A stretch of DNA of 46,479 bases from Gammaproteobacteria bacterium (GTDB taxonomy: Bacteria > Pseudomonadota > Gammaproteobacteria > Steroidobacterales > MnTg04). The stretch is from the NCBI GenBank assembly GCA_027292775.1, contig JAPUGL010000073.1, forward strand, positions 1-46,479. The letters are read 5' to 3'. This document shows positions 8,371 to 19,248 of the stretch, in pieces. Numbering within the stretch: the stretch's first letter is position 1; each line of letters begins with the position of its first letter. The notes beneath the pieces are model-generated. The model made no database searches and was not told the origin of the DNA. It saw nothing but the letters and a program-made list of their open reading frames with translations. The position numbers were made by a program, and so were the translations under genes.

Positions 8371-10257
8371 CTAGTCCTCGGCAAGGAAACTGCGCAGGCG
8401 TTCCGAGCGAGTCGGGTGACGCAGTTTGCGCAGTGCCTTCGCTTCTATCTGACGTATGCGTTCACGCGTGACGTCAAATTGTTTGCCCACTTCTTCGAGC
8501 GTGTGATCCGTGTTCATGTCTATGCCGAACCGCATGCGCAGGACTTTGGCTTCCCTCGGTGTCAGGCCACCTAGGATATCGTAGGTCGCCTCCCGGAGTC
8601 CTTCGCTTGTCGCCGAATCGACCGGAGAATCCACCGTCGCATCTTCGATAAAATCACCCAGGTGAGAGTCTTCATCGTCCCCGATGGGTGTTTCCATGGA
8701 GATGGGTTCCTTGGCAATTTTCATAACCTTGCGGACTTTGTCCTCGGGCATTTCCATGCGGATCGCAAGCTCTTCAGGGGTGGGTTCGCGGCCAATTTCC
8801 TGGAGCATCTGGCGGGAAATGCGATTGAGCTTGTTGATCGTTTCTATCATGTGCACCGGAATGCGGATGGTACGAGCCTGGTCGGCGATCGATCGGGTAA
8901 TCGCCTGCCGAATCCACCAGGTTGCATAGGTTGAGAACTTGTAACCACGCCGGTATTCGAACTTATCCACCGCCTTCATCAGTCCGATATTGCCCTCCTG
9001 AATCAGGTCCAGAAATTGCAGCCCACGGTTGGTGTATTTCTTGGCGATGGAAATCACCAGACGCAGGTTGGCCTCGACCATTTCTTTCTTCGCACGGCGG
9101 GCCTTGGCCTCACCGATGGACATCTGGCGGTTAATTTCCTTGATTTGGGAAATGCCAACATAGGTCCTGATCTCAAGCATGATCAGTTTTTTCTGCGCCC
9201 GCAGAATATCTTCCTTGAGCCTGGACAGGCCGGAGGAGTGCTTGCGTTTTGCGCGTATATGTTTTTCCACCCATTGCTGATTGGTCTCGTTGCTTGGGAA
9301 ACTGGCGATAAAATCCTTGCGCGGCATCCCGGCTTCCGCGACGCAATAATGCATAACCTGGCGTTCCTGTGCGCGAATATTTGCGATGTGGCCGCGCAGG
9401 TTCCAGACCAGCGCGTCAAAAAACTTGGGGGCAAGTTTCAGCTCCATCATTTCCGCGGCGAGGTCTCGTCGAACCGCCATGGCGCGGGAATCTTCCGAGC
9501 CATATTTGTCAATGTATTTCAGGGACCTGGTAAAAAATTTCCTTATTTTTTTCATCCGCGCCCGGACCTCATCGGGATCCGGGCCGGTGTCAACGGGTTC
9601 TTCCTCTTCGCCCCGCAGTTTCATTTCTTCTTTTCTTTTGGCTTCGGCTTGAAGCTCAGCTGCCGTCGCAGGTTCGTTCGAGGCGTTCGGGTCGATGAAC
9701 CCGGTAAGCATATCCAGCAACCGGCCGCTACCAGCGGTAATATTGTCGTATACACCCAGCAACATCCTGTAAGTATCAGGGAACATCGCCAGGGCGCCGC
9801 GAACCTGGTTCAGACCTTCCTCGATCCTCTTGGCGATGCGGATTTCGCCTTCGCGCGTCAGTAACTCGACGGTTCCCATCTCACGCATGTACATGCGGAC
9901 GGGATCTGTAGTCCGGCCAAATTCGCTGTCCACTGTGGCGAGGGCGGCGGCCGCTTCAGCGGCATCGTCTTCGTCGGCCGAAACCGCGTTGTTCGACAAA
10001 AGCAAAGTTTCGGCATCCGGCACCTTCTCGTACACGGTGATACCCATATCATTAATCATGTTGACGATGTCTTCGATTTGCTCGGGATCGACGATGTCAT
10101 TTGGCAGATGATCGTTGACTTCGCCATAGGTCAGGTAGCCCTGCTCCTTGCCGCGGGCAATCAGCTGCTTCAACTGTGACTGGCGGTCATCGGTGGGGGG
10201 CGAAACCGTTTCCTGGGCCGCGCTTTTGTTGATCAAGTTTTTGTTCCTCGTCGTCAT
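8371..10257 (-). CDS. rpoD: RNA polymerase primary sigma factor sigma70
   Basis: 628 aa. Region 2-4 hallmarks are present ([57 protein letters not shown]; [30 protein letters not shown]), with an acidic region 1. Confidence 0.98.
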   Translation of the reverse strand: MTTRNKNLINKSAAQETVSPPTDDRQSQLKQLIARGKEQGYLTYGEVNDHLPNDIVDPEQIEDIVNMINDMGITVYEKVPDAETLLLSNNAVSADEDDAAEAAAALATVDSEFGRTTDPVRMYMREMGTVELLTREGEIRIAKRIEEGLNQVRGALAMFPDTYRMLLGVYDNITAGSGRLLDMLTGFIDPNASNEPATAAELQAEAKRKEEMKLRGEEEEPVDTGPDPDEVRARMKKIRKFFTRSLKYIDKYGSEDSRAMAVRRDLAAEMMELKLAPKFFDALVWNLRGHIANIRAQERQVMHYCVAEAGMPRKDFIASFPSNETNQQWVEKHIRAKRKHSSGLSRLKEDILRAQKKLIMLEIRTYVGISQIKEINRQMSIGEAKARRAKKEMVEANLRLVISIAKKYTNRGLQFLDLIQEGNIGLMKAVDKFEYRRGYKFSTYATWWIRQAITRSIADQARTIRIPVHMIETINKLNRISRQMLQEIGREPTPEELAIRMEMPEDKVRKVMKIAKEPISMETPIGDDEDSHLGDFIEDATVDSPVDSATSEGLREATYDILGGLTPREAKVLRMRFGIDMNTDHTLEEVGKQFDVTRERIRQIEAKALRKLRHPTRSERLRSFLAED

Positions 10258-10380
10258 TCTGTGCTCTCCGGTGATGGCCGGGTTGCGTACGCAAAATTAA
10301 TCAACCAGTATAGCACAAGCGTTGAAATTCCTGGTTCCCAAATCATAATTTGCCCGCTATTCTTGGCCCCGTTGAAGAGA

Positions 10381-12129
10381 TCATCTGTCAACCGCAGCAT
10401 CCCCAGATTGCCGCGTGGCCAGTAAATCCTTTAGCTCCGCTTTTTCATCTGCGCTGAGCTCGTTTTGACGTGCATTATCCAGCAGCATGTCCAGTCTCGT
10501 GGCAGCGGATTGCCGACTCAATATGCTCAGCGTGTCCCGAAATTCGGCGATCGCTTCTTCCTCATCTACCAGTGATTCTGATGCGGCAAGCTTCATCAGC
10601 GCCGCAGACTGATCATCATCCCGGTGTCTTTCCAGCAACATCGCGGTGGTTATATTGGGGCTTTCCAGGACATCCTCAAGTAGCAGATGCAGAATCCGGC
10701 ACCCTTCGCCCTCCATCTCCAGCAACCAGCCGGTATCGCCGGCATGAGCCGCCACCGCGGGATAGCGAAGCAGGGTTGTCACGGCCTGGCGGACCAGGTC
10801 ACCCCGGCCGCTGCTGCGTAGGCGCCGAGGGGCCCTTTTCGGTCTGCGCCCATCTTCCGCCAACTGTCTGGCCAGGCGACTGCCGGCGCCTGAAAGCTCC
10901 GCGATCTCGCGGGCGAGCAATTCCCTGAACGCGCCCGGCGGTATTTGCCGGAGGAGCGGCCTGGCGAGTTCAGCGAAGCGGGCCTTGCCATCGAGTTTGC
11001 TCATATCCACTTGCTCGCCCAGGTGTCTTATCAGGTATTCGGACAGGGTTTCCGACTGAGCCATATAGCTTGCAAATGACTCGGCGCCGCTTTCGCGAAC
11101 CAGCGAGTCCGGGTCCTGCCCGTCGGGCAGGAAGAGGAACCTGATCTGGTGGCCTCCACCGGTCTGAGGCAGCGCATTTTCAAGCGCCCGCCACGCCGCG
11201 GCCCGACCGGCCCTGTCGCCGTCGAAACAGAAAACGATTTCCTCTGAAGCCTGAAACAAGCGCCTCAAATGTGCGGTAGTGGTTGCAGTGCCCAGCGTCG
11301 CCACCGCATTCGTAATCCCGTGCTGGGCCAGGCCGACAACATCCATATAGCCTTCGACCACAATCAGTCTTTCCAATTCCCGGTTTTGCTGGCGTGCTTC
11401 GTACAGGCCATACAACTCGCTTCCCTTGTGGAAAAGGCTGGTTTCCGGCGAATTCAGGTACTTTGGCTCGCCTTCGCCCAGCACCCGACCGCCAAATCCT
11501 ATGCAACGGCCGCGACTGTCCCGTATGGGGAACATGATGCGGTCGCGGAAACGGTCGTAGACCTTGTTGTGATCTTTTTCAATCACCAAGCCGGCCAGCA
11601 CCATCCGCTTCCGTGCCCGGTTGTCAGCCCCCAGTTCCTTGAGCAATTCGTCCCAGGCGTCGGCAGCGTATCCGATGCCGAAGCGGGCGGCTGTTTCGCC
11701 GCTGAGGCCTCTTTTTTTCAGATAGGCTATGGCGCGATCATCTTCCTTCAGACGCTCGCGATAAAAATTTTCCGCGTCGGCGAGCAGTGGGTACAGATCT
11801 TCGTCCCGACGTGGTGCCGATGAGCCACTTTCGTGCGGCACTTCCATGCCCATGCCTGCAGCCAGCGTTTCTACCGCCTCGACAAAATTCAGCCGATCGT
11901 ATTCCATGAGAAAGCCCAGCGCCGTGCCATGCGCGTTGCAGCCGAAGCAGTGGTAAAATTGCTTGGCTTGGCTCACGGTAAAAGAAGGTGTTTTCTCATC
12001 GTGAAAAGGACAGCAAGCCTTGTATTCACGACCCGCCTTTTTTAGCTGGATACGGGTACCGATCAGGTCGACGATGTCGGTCCGACTAATCAGTTCATCA
12101 ATGAAATGTTTTGGAATGCGGCCTGCCAT
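10381..12129 (-). CDS. dnaG: DNA primase
   Basis: Zinc-ribbon CPFHDEKTPSFTVSQAKQFYHCFGCNAHG, a TOPRIM segment (VVEGYMDVV...DGDRAGRAAA), and position between rpsU/yqeY and rpoD. Confidence 0.97.
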   Translation of the reverse strand: MAGRIPKHFIDELISRTDIVDLIGTRIQLKKAGREYKACCPFHDEKTPSFTVSQAKQFYHCFGCNAHGTALGFLMEYDRLNFVEAVETLAAGMGMEVPHESGSSAPRRDEDLYPLLADAENFYRERLKEDDRAIAYLKKRGLSGETAARFGIGYAADAWDELLKELGADNRARKRMVLAGLVIEKDHNKVYDRFRDRIMFPIRDSRGRCIGFGGRVLGEGEPKYLNSPETSLFHKGSELYGLYEARQQNRELERLIVVEGYMDVVGLAQHGITNAVATLGTATTTAHLRRLFQASEEIVFCFDGDRAGRAAAWRALENALPQTGGGHQIRFLFLPDGQDPDSLVRESGAESFASYMAQSETLSEYLIRHLGEQVDMSKLDGKARFAELARPLLRQIPPGAFRELLAREIAELSGAGSRLARQLAEDGRRPKRAPRRLRSSGRGDLVRQAVTTLLRYPAVAAHAGDTGWLLEMEGEGCRILHLLLEDVLESPNITTAMLLERHRDDDQSAALMKLAASESLVDEEEAIAEFRDTLSILSRQSAATRLDMLLDNARQNELSADEKAELKDLLATRQSGDAAVDR

Positions 12130-12227
12130 CTGAATCCCGAATGGAAAAAATTGCTGTCGCCGTCCCGTTCAAATGCGGCGACTCCATACTGAATATAGTC
12201 AACAACGACTGAGATCGCTGTCTCGGT

Positions 12228-12671
12228 TCAGCCGAGGCGCGCGCGGACCTGCGGGCCGACTTTTGCCATGTCTGCGCGACCCTGGGCCCGGGCTTTGATT
12301 TGCCCCATCACCTGCCCCATATCCTTGATGCTGCTGGCTCCCGATTCCCGAATGACCTCGTCGATCAAGGTGGCGAGTTCCGCTTCGCCGAGCGGCTCCG
12401 GAAGATAAGCCTGCAGGATGAGAATTTCTGATTCTTCCTTGGCCGCCAGTTCTTCGCGTTCCGCTTTCCGGTACAGATCGGCCGCTTCGCGGCGCTGCTT
12501 GATCAGTTTCTCGGCCACACCAATAATCTGCACATCGTTCAGTTCGATGCGCTCGTCCACTTCTCTCTGCTGAATCGCCGCCAGCAACATGCGGATGGTC
12601 ACCAGGCGTTCTTTTTCGCCACCCTTCAGGGCGGTCTTCATATCGTTCCCGATATCCGACCGTAATGGCAT
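12228..12671 (-). CDS. yqeY: GatB/YqeY-domain protein
   Basis: 147 aa. MKTALKGGEKERLVTIRMLLAAIQQREVD... is characteristic of the YqeY family. This is its usual position between rpsU and dnaG. Confidence 0.9.
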   Translation of the reverse strand: MPLRSDIGNDMKTALKGGEKERLVTIRMLLAAIQQREVDERIELNDVQIIGVAEKLIKQRREAADLYRKAEREELAAKEESEILILQAYLPEPLGEAELATLIDEVIRESGASSIKDMGQVMGQIKARAQGRADMAKVGPQVRARLG

Positions 12672-12676
12672 GGAAG

Positions 12677-12892
12677 TCAGTACAGACGTGTGCGGCGGGA
12701 CGTGTCCCTTGACAGGCGCTTCATGTGGCGCTTGATTGCCGCGGCTTTCTTGCGCTTGCGCTCCTGGGTCGGTTTTTCATAATACTCGCGCCTGCGAAGC
12801 TCGGTGAGAATACCGGCTTTCTCGCAGGCACGCTTGAAACGGCGCAACGCGGCGTCAAAATACTCGTTCTCTTTAACTCGAACGCTGGGCAT
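12677..12892 (-). CDS. rpsU: 30S ribosomal protein S21
   Basis: 71 aa, [52 protein letters not shown].... Confidence 0.97.
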   Translation of the reverse strand: MPSVRVKENEYFDAALRRFKRACEKAGILTELRRREYYEKPTQERKRKKAAAIKRHMKRLSRDTSRRTRLY

Positions 12893-13038
12893 CTAAATCA
12901 CAACCTTTACACTAGTCCGGATTACCGGGTCAAAAAATCCGGGCCTGGCCCGGACGCAAGACGCGGAATTCTAATCGCGGCCGTGTAGAATTGCAAAGTT
13001 TCAGGTAGCGTAAAAGGCCTTTTTCTGGGAAATTCCCA

Positions 13039-14043
13039 ATGCGTGTACTGGGTATAGAAACCTCCTGCGATGAAACTGGGGTCGCGGTTTATGATGGCGA
13101 TCAGGGCCTGGTCGCAAATGCCCTCTATTCGCAGGTCGGCCTGCATGCCCGCTACGGCGGCGTGGTTCCGGAGCTGGCATCCCGCGATCATGTGAGAAAA
13201 CTGACCCCGATGTTGCGCGAGGTGACCGAGCAGGCCGGTGGCCGGATAGATGGTATTGCCTACACGGCAGGGCCAGGGCTGATTGGTGCGCTGATGGTCG
13301 GTGCGGCGGTCGCCAGGAGCCTGGCATACGGTTGGCAGGTTCCGGCGCTGGGATTGCATCACATGGAAGGACACCTGCTCGCGGCTATGCTGGAGCCAGA
13401 CCCCCCGCAATTTCCTTTTGTCTCCTTGTTAGTGTCCGGCGGGCATACGCTATTGGTCGATGTCCATGGCCTGGGTGATTATCGGGTGCTTGGAGAAACG
13501 CTCGACGACGCGGTTGGCGAGGCGTTCGACAAGACCGCCAAATTGCTCGGACTTCCTTATCCTGGAGGTCCCGCACTGGCGAAACTGGCTGGCGAAGGGC
13601 GGCCTGGACGCTATAAATTGCCCCGGCCGATGATGGATCGTCCGGGGCTGGATTTTAGCTTTTCCGGTCTCAAGACTGCGGTGGTACTGGCCTGGAAAAA
13701 GTCCGATCAGAGCGATACTTCGCGGGCGGATCTGGCCTGTGCGTTTGAAGATGCTGTAATCGATACGTTGGTCGGAAAATCCCTTCGCGCCCTGCAGCAG
13801 ACGGAGCGCAGGATTCTTGTGGTTGCCGGCGGCGTCGGCGCCAATAAAAAGTTACGCAAAACACTGGTCGATGCGATAGGCGAGTGCGGGGGGCGGGTTC
13901 ATTACCCGAGACCAGAATTTTGTACGGACAACGGATCGATGATCGCCTATACGGGATTCCTGCGACTGAAGGCCGGGGAGTCGGATTCGGGTGGGATATG
14001 CGTGCGGGCACGCTGGCCGCTGGATCAGCTCTCGCCGCCATGA
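13039..14043 (+). CDS. tsaD: tRNA N6-adenosine threonylcarbamoyltransferase
   Basis: [19 protein letters not shown]..., [14 protein letters not shown]. Divergent from rpsU, as in many Proteobacteria. Confidence 0.97.
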   Translation: MRVLGIETSCDETGVAVYDGDQGLVANALYSQVGLHARYGGVVPELASRDHVRKLTPMLREVTEQAGGRIDGIAYTAGPGLIGALMVGAAVARSLAYGWQVPALGLHHMEGHLLAAMLEPDPPQFPFVSLLVSGGHTLLVDVHGLGDYRVLGETLDDAVGEAFDKTAKLLGLPYPGGPALAKLAGEGRPGRYKLPRPMMDRPGLDFSFSGLKTAVVLAWKKSDQSDTSRADLACAFEDAVIDTLVGKSLRALQQTERRILVVAGGVGANKKLRKTLVDAIGECGGRVHYPRPEFCTDNGSMIAYTGFLRLKAGESDSGGICVRARWPLDQLSPP

Positions 14044-14429
14044 AGAAACAGCACGGAGACGTCACTGTGGACAAGGTTTTTCTGCATGACCTGCGGGTCA
14101 AGACCACGATCGGCATATTCGATTGGGAGCGTCGAATCAGGCAAACCATCGGTATCGATCTGGAAATGGCCAGCGATGTACGCAAGGCGGCGGCGACCGA
14201 CCAGATAGGCGACGCGCTGGACTACAAGAAGGTCGCCAAGCGCGTTATCTCCTTCGTCGAAGCCGCGGAATTTCAACTCGTGGAAACGCTGGCCGAGGCG
14301 ATAGCGAAGATCGTGACCGATGAGTTTTCCGTTTCCTGGGTCCGAGTCGCTGTCAACAAACAAGGGGCGGTTCGCGGTGCGGCCGGCGTCGGTATTATTA
14401 TCGAGCGCGGAGAAATTGCCGGTGGCTGA
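14040..14429 (+). CDS. folB: Dihydroneopterin aldolase
   Basis: The ATG at 14040 overlaps the tsaD stop (ATGA). The product [43 protein letters not shown]...DYKKVAKRV is typical FolB. The track ORF starting at 13884 is an in-frame upstream extension inside tsaD. Confidence 0.9.
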   Translation: MKKQHGDVTVDKVFLHDLRVKTTIGIFDWERRIRQTIGIDLEMASDVRKAAATDQIGDALDYKKVAKRVISFVEAAEFQLVETLAEAIAKIVTDEFSVSWVRVAVNKQGAVRGAAGVGIIIERGEIAGG

Positions 14430-14910
14430 GACCTTTGTCGGCATCGGTAGCAATATCGAACCGCAGCGGTTTCTGAGCGCCGGCATTCGTTTGCTGCGGG
14501 AGCGATTCGGCACTGTGGAATTGTCACCGGTCTATCGAAACACGGCGGTGGGATTCGTCGGCGACGATTTTTTTAATTTGGTGGCTAGCTTTTCCAGTGT
14601 CCGCGAACCGCTGGATCTGGCGGCCGACCTGCGGTTGATCGAAGATAGCTGTCGGCGGGATCGCAGCCTTCCCCGCTATTCCCCAAGAACGCTGGATCTC
14701 GATTTATTGCTTTATGGGGACGCCATGTTTAGCGTTGACGGCCTGGAGCTTCCCCGGCCGGAAGTTCTGAAACGGTCTTATATACTCAAACCAATGGCCG
14801 ATCTGCGGCCGGATATGCTGCACCCAGCCGGGAAACTGAGCTTTGCCGAATTATGGCAGCACTTCGACGCCGCCAGTCATCCACTGCACAAGGTTGATAT
14901 GGTGTTGTGA
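14422..14910 (+). CDS. folK: 2-amino-4-hydroxy-6-hydroxymethyldihydropteridine diphosphokinase (HPPK)
   Basis: [14 protein letters not shown]...LSPVYRNTAVG...PRTLDLDLLLYGD...LELPRPEVLKRSYILKPMADL. I chose the GTG at 14422 (alternative TTG at 14416), which overlaps the folB stop at 14427-14429. The track start at 14320 lies inside folB. Confidence 0.88.
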   Translation: MAETFVGIGSNIEPQRFLSAGIRLLRERFGTVELSPVYRNTAVGFVGDDFFNLVASFSSVREPLDLAADLRLIEDSCRRDRSLPRYSPRTLDLDLLLYGDAMFSVDGLELPRPEVLKRSYILKPMADLRPDMLHPAGKLSFAELWQHFDAASHPLHKVDMVL

Positions 14911-14973
14911 GGCTTGTCGCTCGGCCGCCGGTGCCTCGACCCGGAATCCACGATCCCTGGTCAATTATGCGAG

Positions 14974-15729
14974 CTAAAAAAGGCTGCGGCCGCCATCCAC
15001 GGCAATAACCTGGCCCGTGATATAGCCGGCTCGGGTCGCCAGGAAAACCGCGAGGCTGGCAATATCGCCCGCGTCACCGGTTCTGCCCATCGGCGTCTGT
15101 GCCAACACCGCATCCTTCTGTTCGGCAGAAAGGCCTTGCGCGGGCCACAAAATGGCGCCGGGTGCGATGCCATTGACTCTGACTTCAGGGGCCAGGTCCA
15201 GGGCCAGGGAGCGGGTCAGCATTGACAGGCCGGCCTTTGCGACACAGTAAACCGGATGTCCCGCCAGCGGTTTGTCGGCATGAATATCCAGAATGTTGAG
15301 GATCAGGCCGCCAGATTCTTTCAGTAAGGGAAGAACCGCCTGGCTTAGGAAAAACGGTGCGCGGAGATTGCTGGTGATCAGACGATCCCAGTCGTCCTGG
15401 CTGACCGAGCCGAATGGCGTGGCAAAAAAATCGGATGCATTGTTGACCAGTACATCCAACCGTCCCCCAAGATCCCTGACTTTTTCCGCCAGGTTTGCCG
15501 GTGCCAGCGAGTCCTGCAGATCGGCTTGAATTGCAACGGCGGAGTCCGCCCGGATGGCGTTCAGTTCTTTAGTCAGTTGCTGTGCCTGTAACTCGGAATT
15601 GCGGTAATGGACAAACACGCGGGCGCCCGCGCCATGGCATTCACGTGCTATCGATGCACCGATGCGCCTGGCGCCGCCGGTAACCAGTACCGTTTTTTTC
15701 TCCAGTCCCGCTGGTGTGTTCTTAATCAT
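14974..15729 (-). CDS. SDR-family pteridine reductase-like oxidoreductase (FolM/PTR1-like)
   Basis: TGGARRIG cofactor motif, NNAS, YCVAKAGL (YxxxK), 251 aa, adjacent to folB-folK. Confidence 0.75.
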   Translation of the reverse strand: MIKNTPAGLEKKTVLVTGGARRIGASIARECHGAGARVFVHYRNSELQAQQLTKELNAIRADSAVAIQADLQDSLAPANLAEKVRDLGGRLDVLVNNASDFFATPFGSVSQDDWDRLITSNLRAPFFLSQAVLPLLKESGGLILNILDIHADKPLAGHPVYCVAKAGLSMLTRSLALDLAPEVRVNGIAPGAILWPAQGLSAEQKDAVLAQTPMGRTGDAGDIASLAVFLATRAGYITGQVIAVDGGRSLF

Positions 15730-15860
15730 TCATCTTGGTCCGGTCAATGGTGCAAAGGTATCACTGCGGATCGGTTGCGTGGATGATTACAATACAACTC
15801 CCGGCTGTTCGCAGGCTATGGCGGCAAGGCCGGCCCGCTCGACCGACACAGGATCGCTTT

Positions 15861-17051
15861 ATGAGTGTTGCAAGAATGCCGGTTCCAGCAGAAGACGCAC
15901 AGGCCGTAAGCCAGGACCTGTGCGCTGCGCTTCGCAAGGAGATCAGGGCCGTTGGCGATCTGAGTTTTGCCCGCTATATGGAGCTCGTGCTGTATGAGCC
16001 CGGCTTGGGTTATTACAGCGCGGGCAGCAGGAAATTTGGCGAGGGTGGGGATTTTGTCACCGCGCCAGAGATTTCCCCGCTTTTTTCACGCTGCCTGGCC
16101 CGGCAATGTGCCCAGGTCTTGGCCGCGATCGATCGTGACAAAAAAAGAACCGTGCTCGAATTGGGCGCTGGCAGTGGCAGAATGGCCGCCGATATCCTGG
16201 CAGAGCTGTCAGCCTTGGACTGCCTGCCGGATCGTTATCTTATTCTGGAAGTCAGCGCCGATCTGCGCGATCGTCAGCAGGCCAGGCTGGCAGCCGATAT
16301 GCCCGGGTATTTCCCTAGCATCGAGTGGCTGGTGGATTTTCCTGCCAGCCCGGTTCATGGATGCATCGTCGCCAATGAAGTACTCGATGCCCTGCCGATC
16401 GAGCGTTTTATTATTTCGGATGGAGAGTTGCTGCAAGTCATGGTCGGGCTGGAGGATGATCATTTTTGTTTGCGCTCCCGGGAAATGCCGGCGAATCTTG
16501 CGAGCCGCGTGAGCGATCGTCTGAGTCTGCCGGTAGCGAAATATTCACCCGGTTACACCTCTGAGTTTTGCCCGGCGCTGGGCCCGTGGGTAGCATCGGT
16601 CGCATCGTGCCTGGAAGAGGGGATGCTGCTGTTTACGGATTATGGCCTCGTTCGCGCAGACTACTATCATCCGGACCGCGCTGACGGAACACTGATGTGC
16701 CACTACCGACATCGTGCGCACGACGAGGTTTTTTTCTGGCCGGGATTGCAGGATATTACGGCCTGGGTCGAGTTTTCCGCACTGGCCGAAGCGGCCGGGG
16801 ACTGCGGGCTGGAGCTGGCCGGATTTACGACCCAGGCACACTGGCTGTTGTCGCTGGGTCTGGATCAACTGGTGGCGCAATCGGTTGCCGGCGACCGAAA
16901 AGATCAGGTGGAATTGGCGCAGCAGGTAAAAACCCTTACCCTGCCCGGGGAAATGGGCGAACGATTCAAAGCGATCGCGTTTACCCGCGAAATGGATATC
17001 GCCCTGCACGGGTTCGCGATGCGCGATTTCAGCGACCGCCTGCCGCAGTAG
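15861..17051 (+). CDS. SAM-dependent methyltransferase, MidA/NDUFAF7 (DUF185) family
   Basis: FARYMELVLYEPGLGYYSAG...FGEGGDFVTAPEISPLF...ELGAGSGRMAADIL...ANEVLDALP. I preferred the ATG at 15861 over the track start at 15735, which adds an Arg/Trp-rich unlikely extension. Confidence 0.8.
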   Translation: MSVARMPVPAEDAQAVSQDLCAALRKEIRAVGDLSFARYMELVLYEPGLGYYSAGSRKFGEGGDFVTAPEISPLFSRCLARQCAQVLAAIDRDKKRTVLELGAGSGRMAADILAELSALDCLPDRYLILEVSADLRDRQQARLAADMPGYFPSIEWLVDFPASPVHGCIVANEVLDALPIERFIISDGELLQVMVGLEDDHFCLRSREMPANLASRVSDRLSLPVAKYSPGYTSEFCPALGPWVASVASCLEEGMLLFTDYGLVRADYYHPDRADGTLMCHYRHRAHDEVFFWPGLQDITAWVEFSALAEAAGDCGLELAGFTTQAHWLLSLGLDQLVAQSVAGDRKDQVELAQQVKTLTLPGEMGERFKAIAFTREMDIALHGFAMRDFSDRLPQ

Positions 17052-17097
17052 AACAACCCTAAGTTCGACAGGCCCCTAAAGAGAGGTAATTCAAGGG

Positions 17098-17898
17098 ATG
17101 GATTTGCTGCACAGCATATGGCTCGCCCTGGTCCAGGGGCTGACCGAATTCCTGCCCGTATCGAGCTCGGCCCACCTGATCCTGATGCCCCGGTTGCTGG
17201 GCTGGACCGACCAGGGTCTTGCCTTCGATGTTGCCGTTCATCTCGGCACCCTGTGCGCGGTGATCTGGTATTTCCGCGACGAATTGGGGCGTATGGCGCG
17301 CGCCTGGCTGGTGACGTTTTCCGGTGGGGAATTATCGGCCGATGGCCGCCTGGCGTGGGGTGTCTTGCTCGGGACTATACCGGTCGGGATGGCGGGTCTT
17401 GCAATCGCCGCCCATGCCGAAGAGCTTCGCGACCCGATGATAATTGCGGGAGCGACTGCGGGTTTCGGTTTGCTATTGTTGTTGGCCGACGTCGCGAGCA
17501 AGCCTCGCCGGGATGAATACGGCATCGGTTTTCGGGAAATCATGATGATTGGCCTGGCCCAGGCGTTTGCCTTGATTCCGGGTGCTTCCAGGTCGGGGAT
17601 AACGATTACCGCCGGGCTGGCACTTGGAATGACTCGCGAGGCAGCCGCCCGTTTTTCCTTCCTGCTATCGATTCCGGTGATAGCGTTGGCGGCTGCGCTC
17701 GAACTATGGACACTACTGACGCAGCCTGCGGCGGTCGACTGGCTCCGCCTGGCCAACGGGTTTGTGGTCGCTTTCTTCAGCGCTTATCTGACAATCCGCT
17801 GGTTCCTGTTGCTGCTCGAGCGCAGCGGGATGCTGCCATTCGTCATTTACCGTCTGCTACTGGCCGGCGTTATTATTGGCGTTTTCTGGTCAGACTAA
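17098..17898 (+). CDS. uppP: Undecaprenyl-diphosphate phosphatase
   Basis: 266 aa polytopic protein with LTEFLPVSSSAHL and PGASRSGITI motifs. Confidence 0.95.
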   Translation: MDLLHSIWLALVQGLTEFLPVSSSAHLILMPRLLGWTDQGLAFDVAVHLGTLCAVIWYFRDELGRMARAWLVTFSGGELSADGRLAWGVLLGTIPVGMAGLAIAAHAEELRDPMIIAGATAGFGLLLLLADVASKPRRDEYGIGFREIMMIGLAQAFALIPGASRSGITITAGLALGMTREAAARFSFLLSIPVIALAAALELWTLLTQPAAVDWLRLANGFVVAFFSAYLTIRWFLLLLERSGMLPFVIYRLLLAGVIIGVFWSD

Positions 17899-17913
17899 GA
17901 GCTCGACAGACTC

Positions 17914-19152
17914 TTAGCCTGGTACGGCGTCTTCCTTTTTTAACGCAACCGCTATGGCGCGGTGACGGGCTGCCGACAGCCTGGCACCGATTTCGTCGCC
18001 TTTTAGTCCATCCAGGTCCAGGGATTCGGCCGCAATTCCACCGCTCAGCTTTGCCATGTCTCTGACAAGGCCGGCCTGAGGATAGTCGCGCTCCGTGAAT
18101 CCCCCGCGGCCTCGGTAGTCCGCTTCACAGGCGGTCAGAAAATTCTCCAACCTTTGCGGCCGGCGCCAGGCATCGGTCGCTTCGATCAATTTCAGTAGCG
18201 TCGCAGGCCTCAACTCCATTGCCCGATGACAGTGCCCGTGCCACTGTGCGACCAAACGGGCCAGTCCCAGGTACTCATTTGGAATTCGCAGACGAGCGCC
18301 CATTTCCAGTATCAGGTCCACACTGCGTTTTTCGTGGCCAATATGTCTTGGCAAGTCGTCCTTCGGCGTTGTGCCTTTGCCAAGATCGTGGACCAGGACG
18401 GCAAAGCGCACGACCGGGTCATCGCTTAGTCTGGCAGCAAGCTGCAGCGCCATCATCATATGCACGCCACAGTCAATTTCCGGGTGCCATTTCGGATTTT
18501 GGGGAACGCCAAAAAGCGCTTCCAGTTCGGGGAACAAGACAGGCAGCGCGCCACAGTCCCGCAGAATCTGGAAAAAAACCTGTGGGCGTGGTTCCAGCAA
18601 GGCGGTATGCGTTTCCTGCCATATCCTTTCTGCCACCAGTGCATCCGCCTCGCCGTCAGCGACCATTCCGCGCATCAATTCCATGGTTTCTTCCGCGACC
18701 GTGAAGCCGGAGTCTGCGAAGCGCGCCGCGAAGCGCGCGACCCGCAGCAGGCGAACCGGATCTTCTCTGAATGCTGGGGAGATGTGCCGAAGTTTCTTTT
18801 TTTCCAGGTCTTTGCGACCGCCACAGGGGTCGATCAATTCTCCCCGGCTATCGACCGCCATCGCATTGATGGTCAGGTCCCGGCGCTGCAAATCCTGTTC
18901 GAGTGTTACTTCGGGTGACGCGTGAACCGTAAATCCCTTGTAACCCGGCGCGGTTTTTTTTTCTGTTCTGGCAAGCGCGTATTCTTCGCCGGTTTCGGCG
19001 TGAATAAAAACCGGAAAATCCCTGCCAACCTGACGATAACCCAGGCGCAGCATTTCTTCGGGGGTTGCCTGAGTTACAACCCAGTCTTTTTCCCGGACCG
19101 GCAGCCCGAGACAGCGATCTCGAACCGCTCCACCGACCAGATATATTTCCAT
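17914..19152 (-). CDS. cca: Multifunctional CCA-adding tRNA nucleotidyltransferase with HD domain
   Basis: MEIYLVGGAVRDRCLGLPVREKDWVV, RRDLTINAMA, and a C-terminal HD motif (VLVHDLGKG). Confidence 0.95.
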   Translation of the reverse strand: MEIYLVGGAVRDRCLGLPVREKDWVVTQATPEEMLRLGYRQVGRDFPVFIHAETGEEYALARTEKKTAPGYKGFTVHASPEVTLEQDLQRRDLTINAMAVDSRGELIDPCGGRKDLEKKKLRHISPAFREDPVRLLRVARFAARFADSGFTVAEETMELMRGMVADGEADALVAERIWQETHTALLEPRPQVFFQILRDCGALPVLFPELEALFGVPQNPKWHPEIDCGVHMMMALQLAARLSDDPVVRFAVLVHDLGKGTTPKDDLPRHIGHEKRSVDLILEMGARLRIPNEYLGLARLVAQWHGHCHRAMELRPATLLKLIEATDAWRRPQRLENFLTACEADYRGRGGFTERDYPQAGLVRDMAKLSGGIAAESLDLDGLKGDEIGARLSAARHRAIAVALKKEDAVPG

Positions 19153-19248
19153 GCGCGAATATTAACCGAATGTCTGCCCGTCGTTCGGCTGCAGTACAAT
19201 GTCACGCCGATTGTTTGGCACACGGGATGGTAATGGCCAGAGAGTAAT

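Noticed and set aside
9016-9864. 282-aa plus-strand ORF, along with other long ORFs antisense to rpoD, rocD (43590-44369), the amidohydrolase (41553-42458), pruA (32767-33606), nrdJ (24782-25522) and the FAD oxidase (29881-30537)
   Set aside because: All are antisense shadows of genes with strong family signatures. Their translations are compositionally biased and lack motifs.
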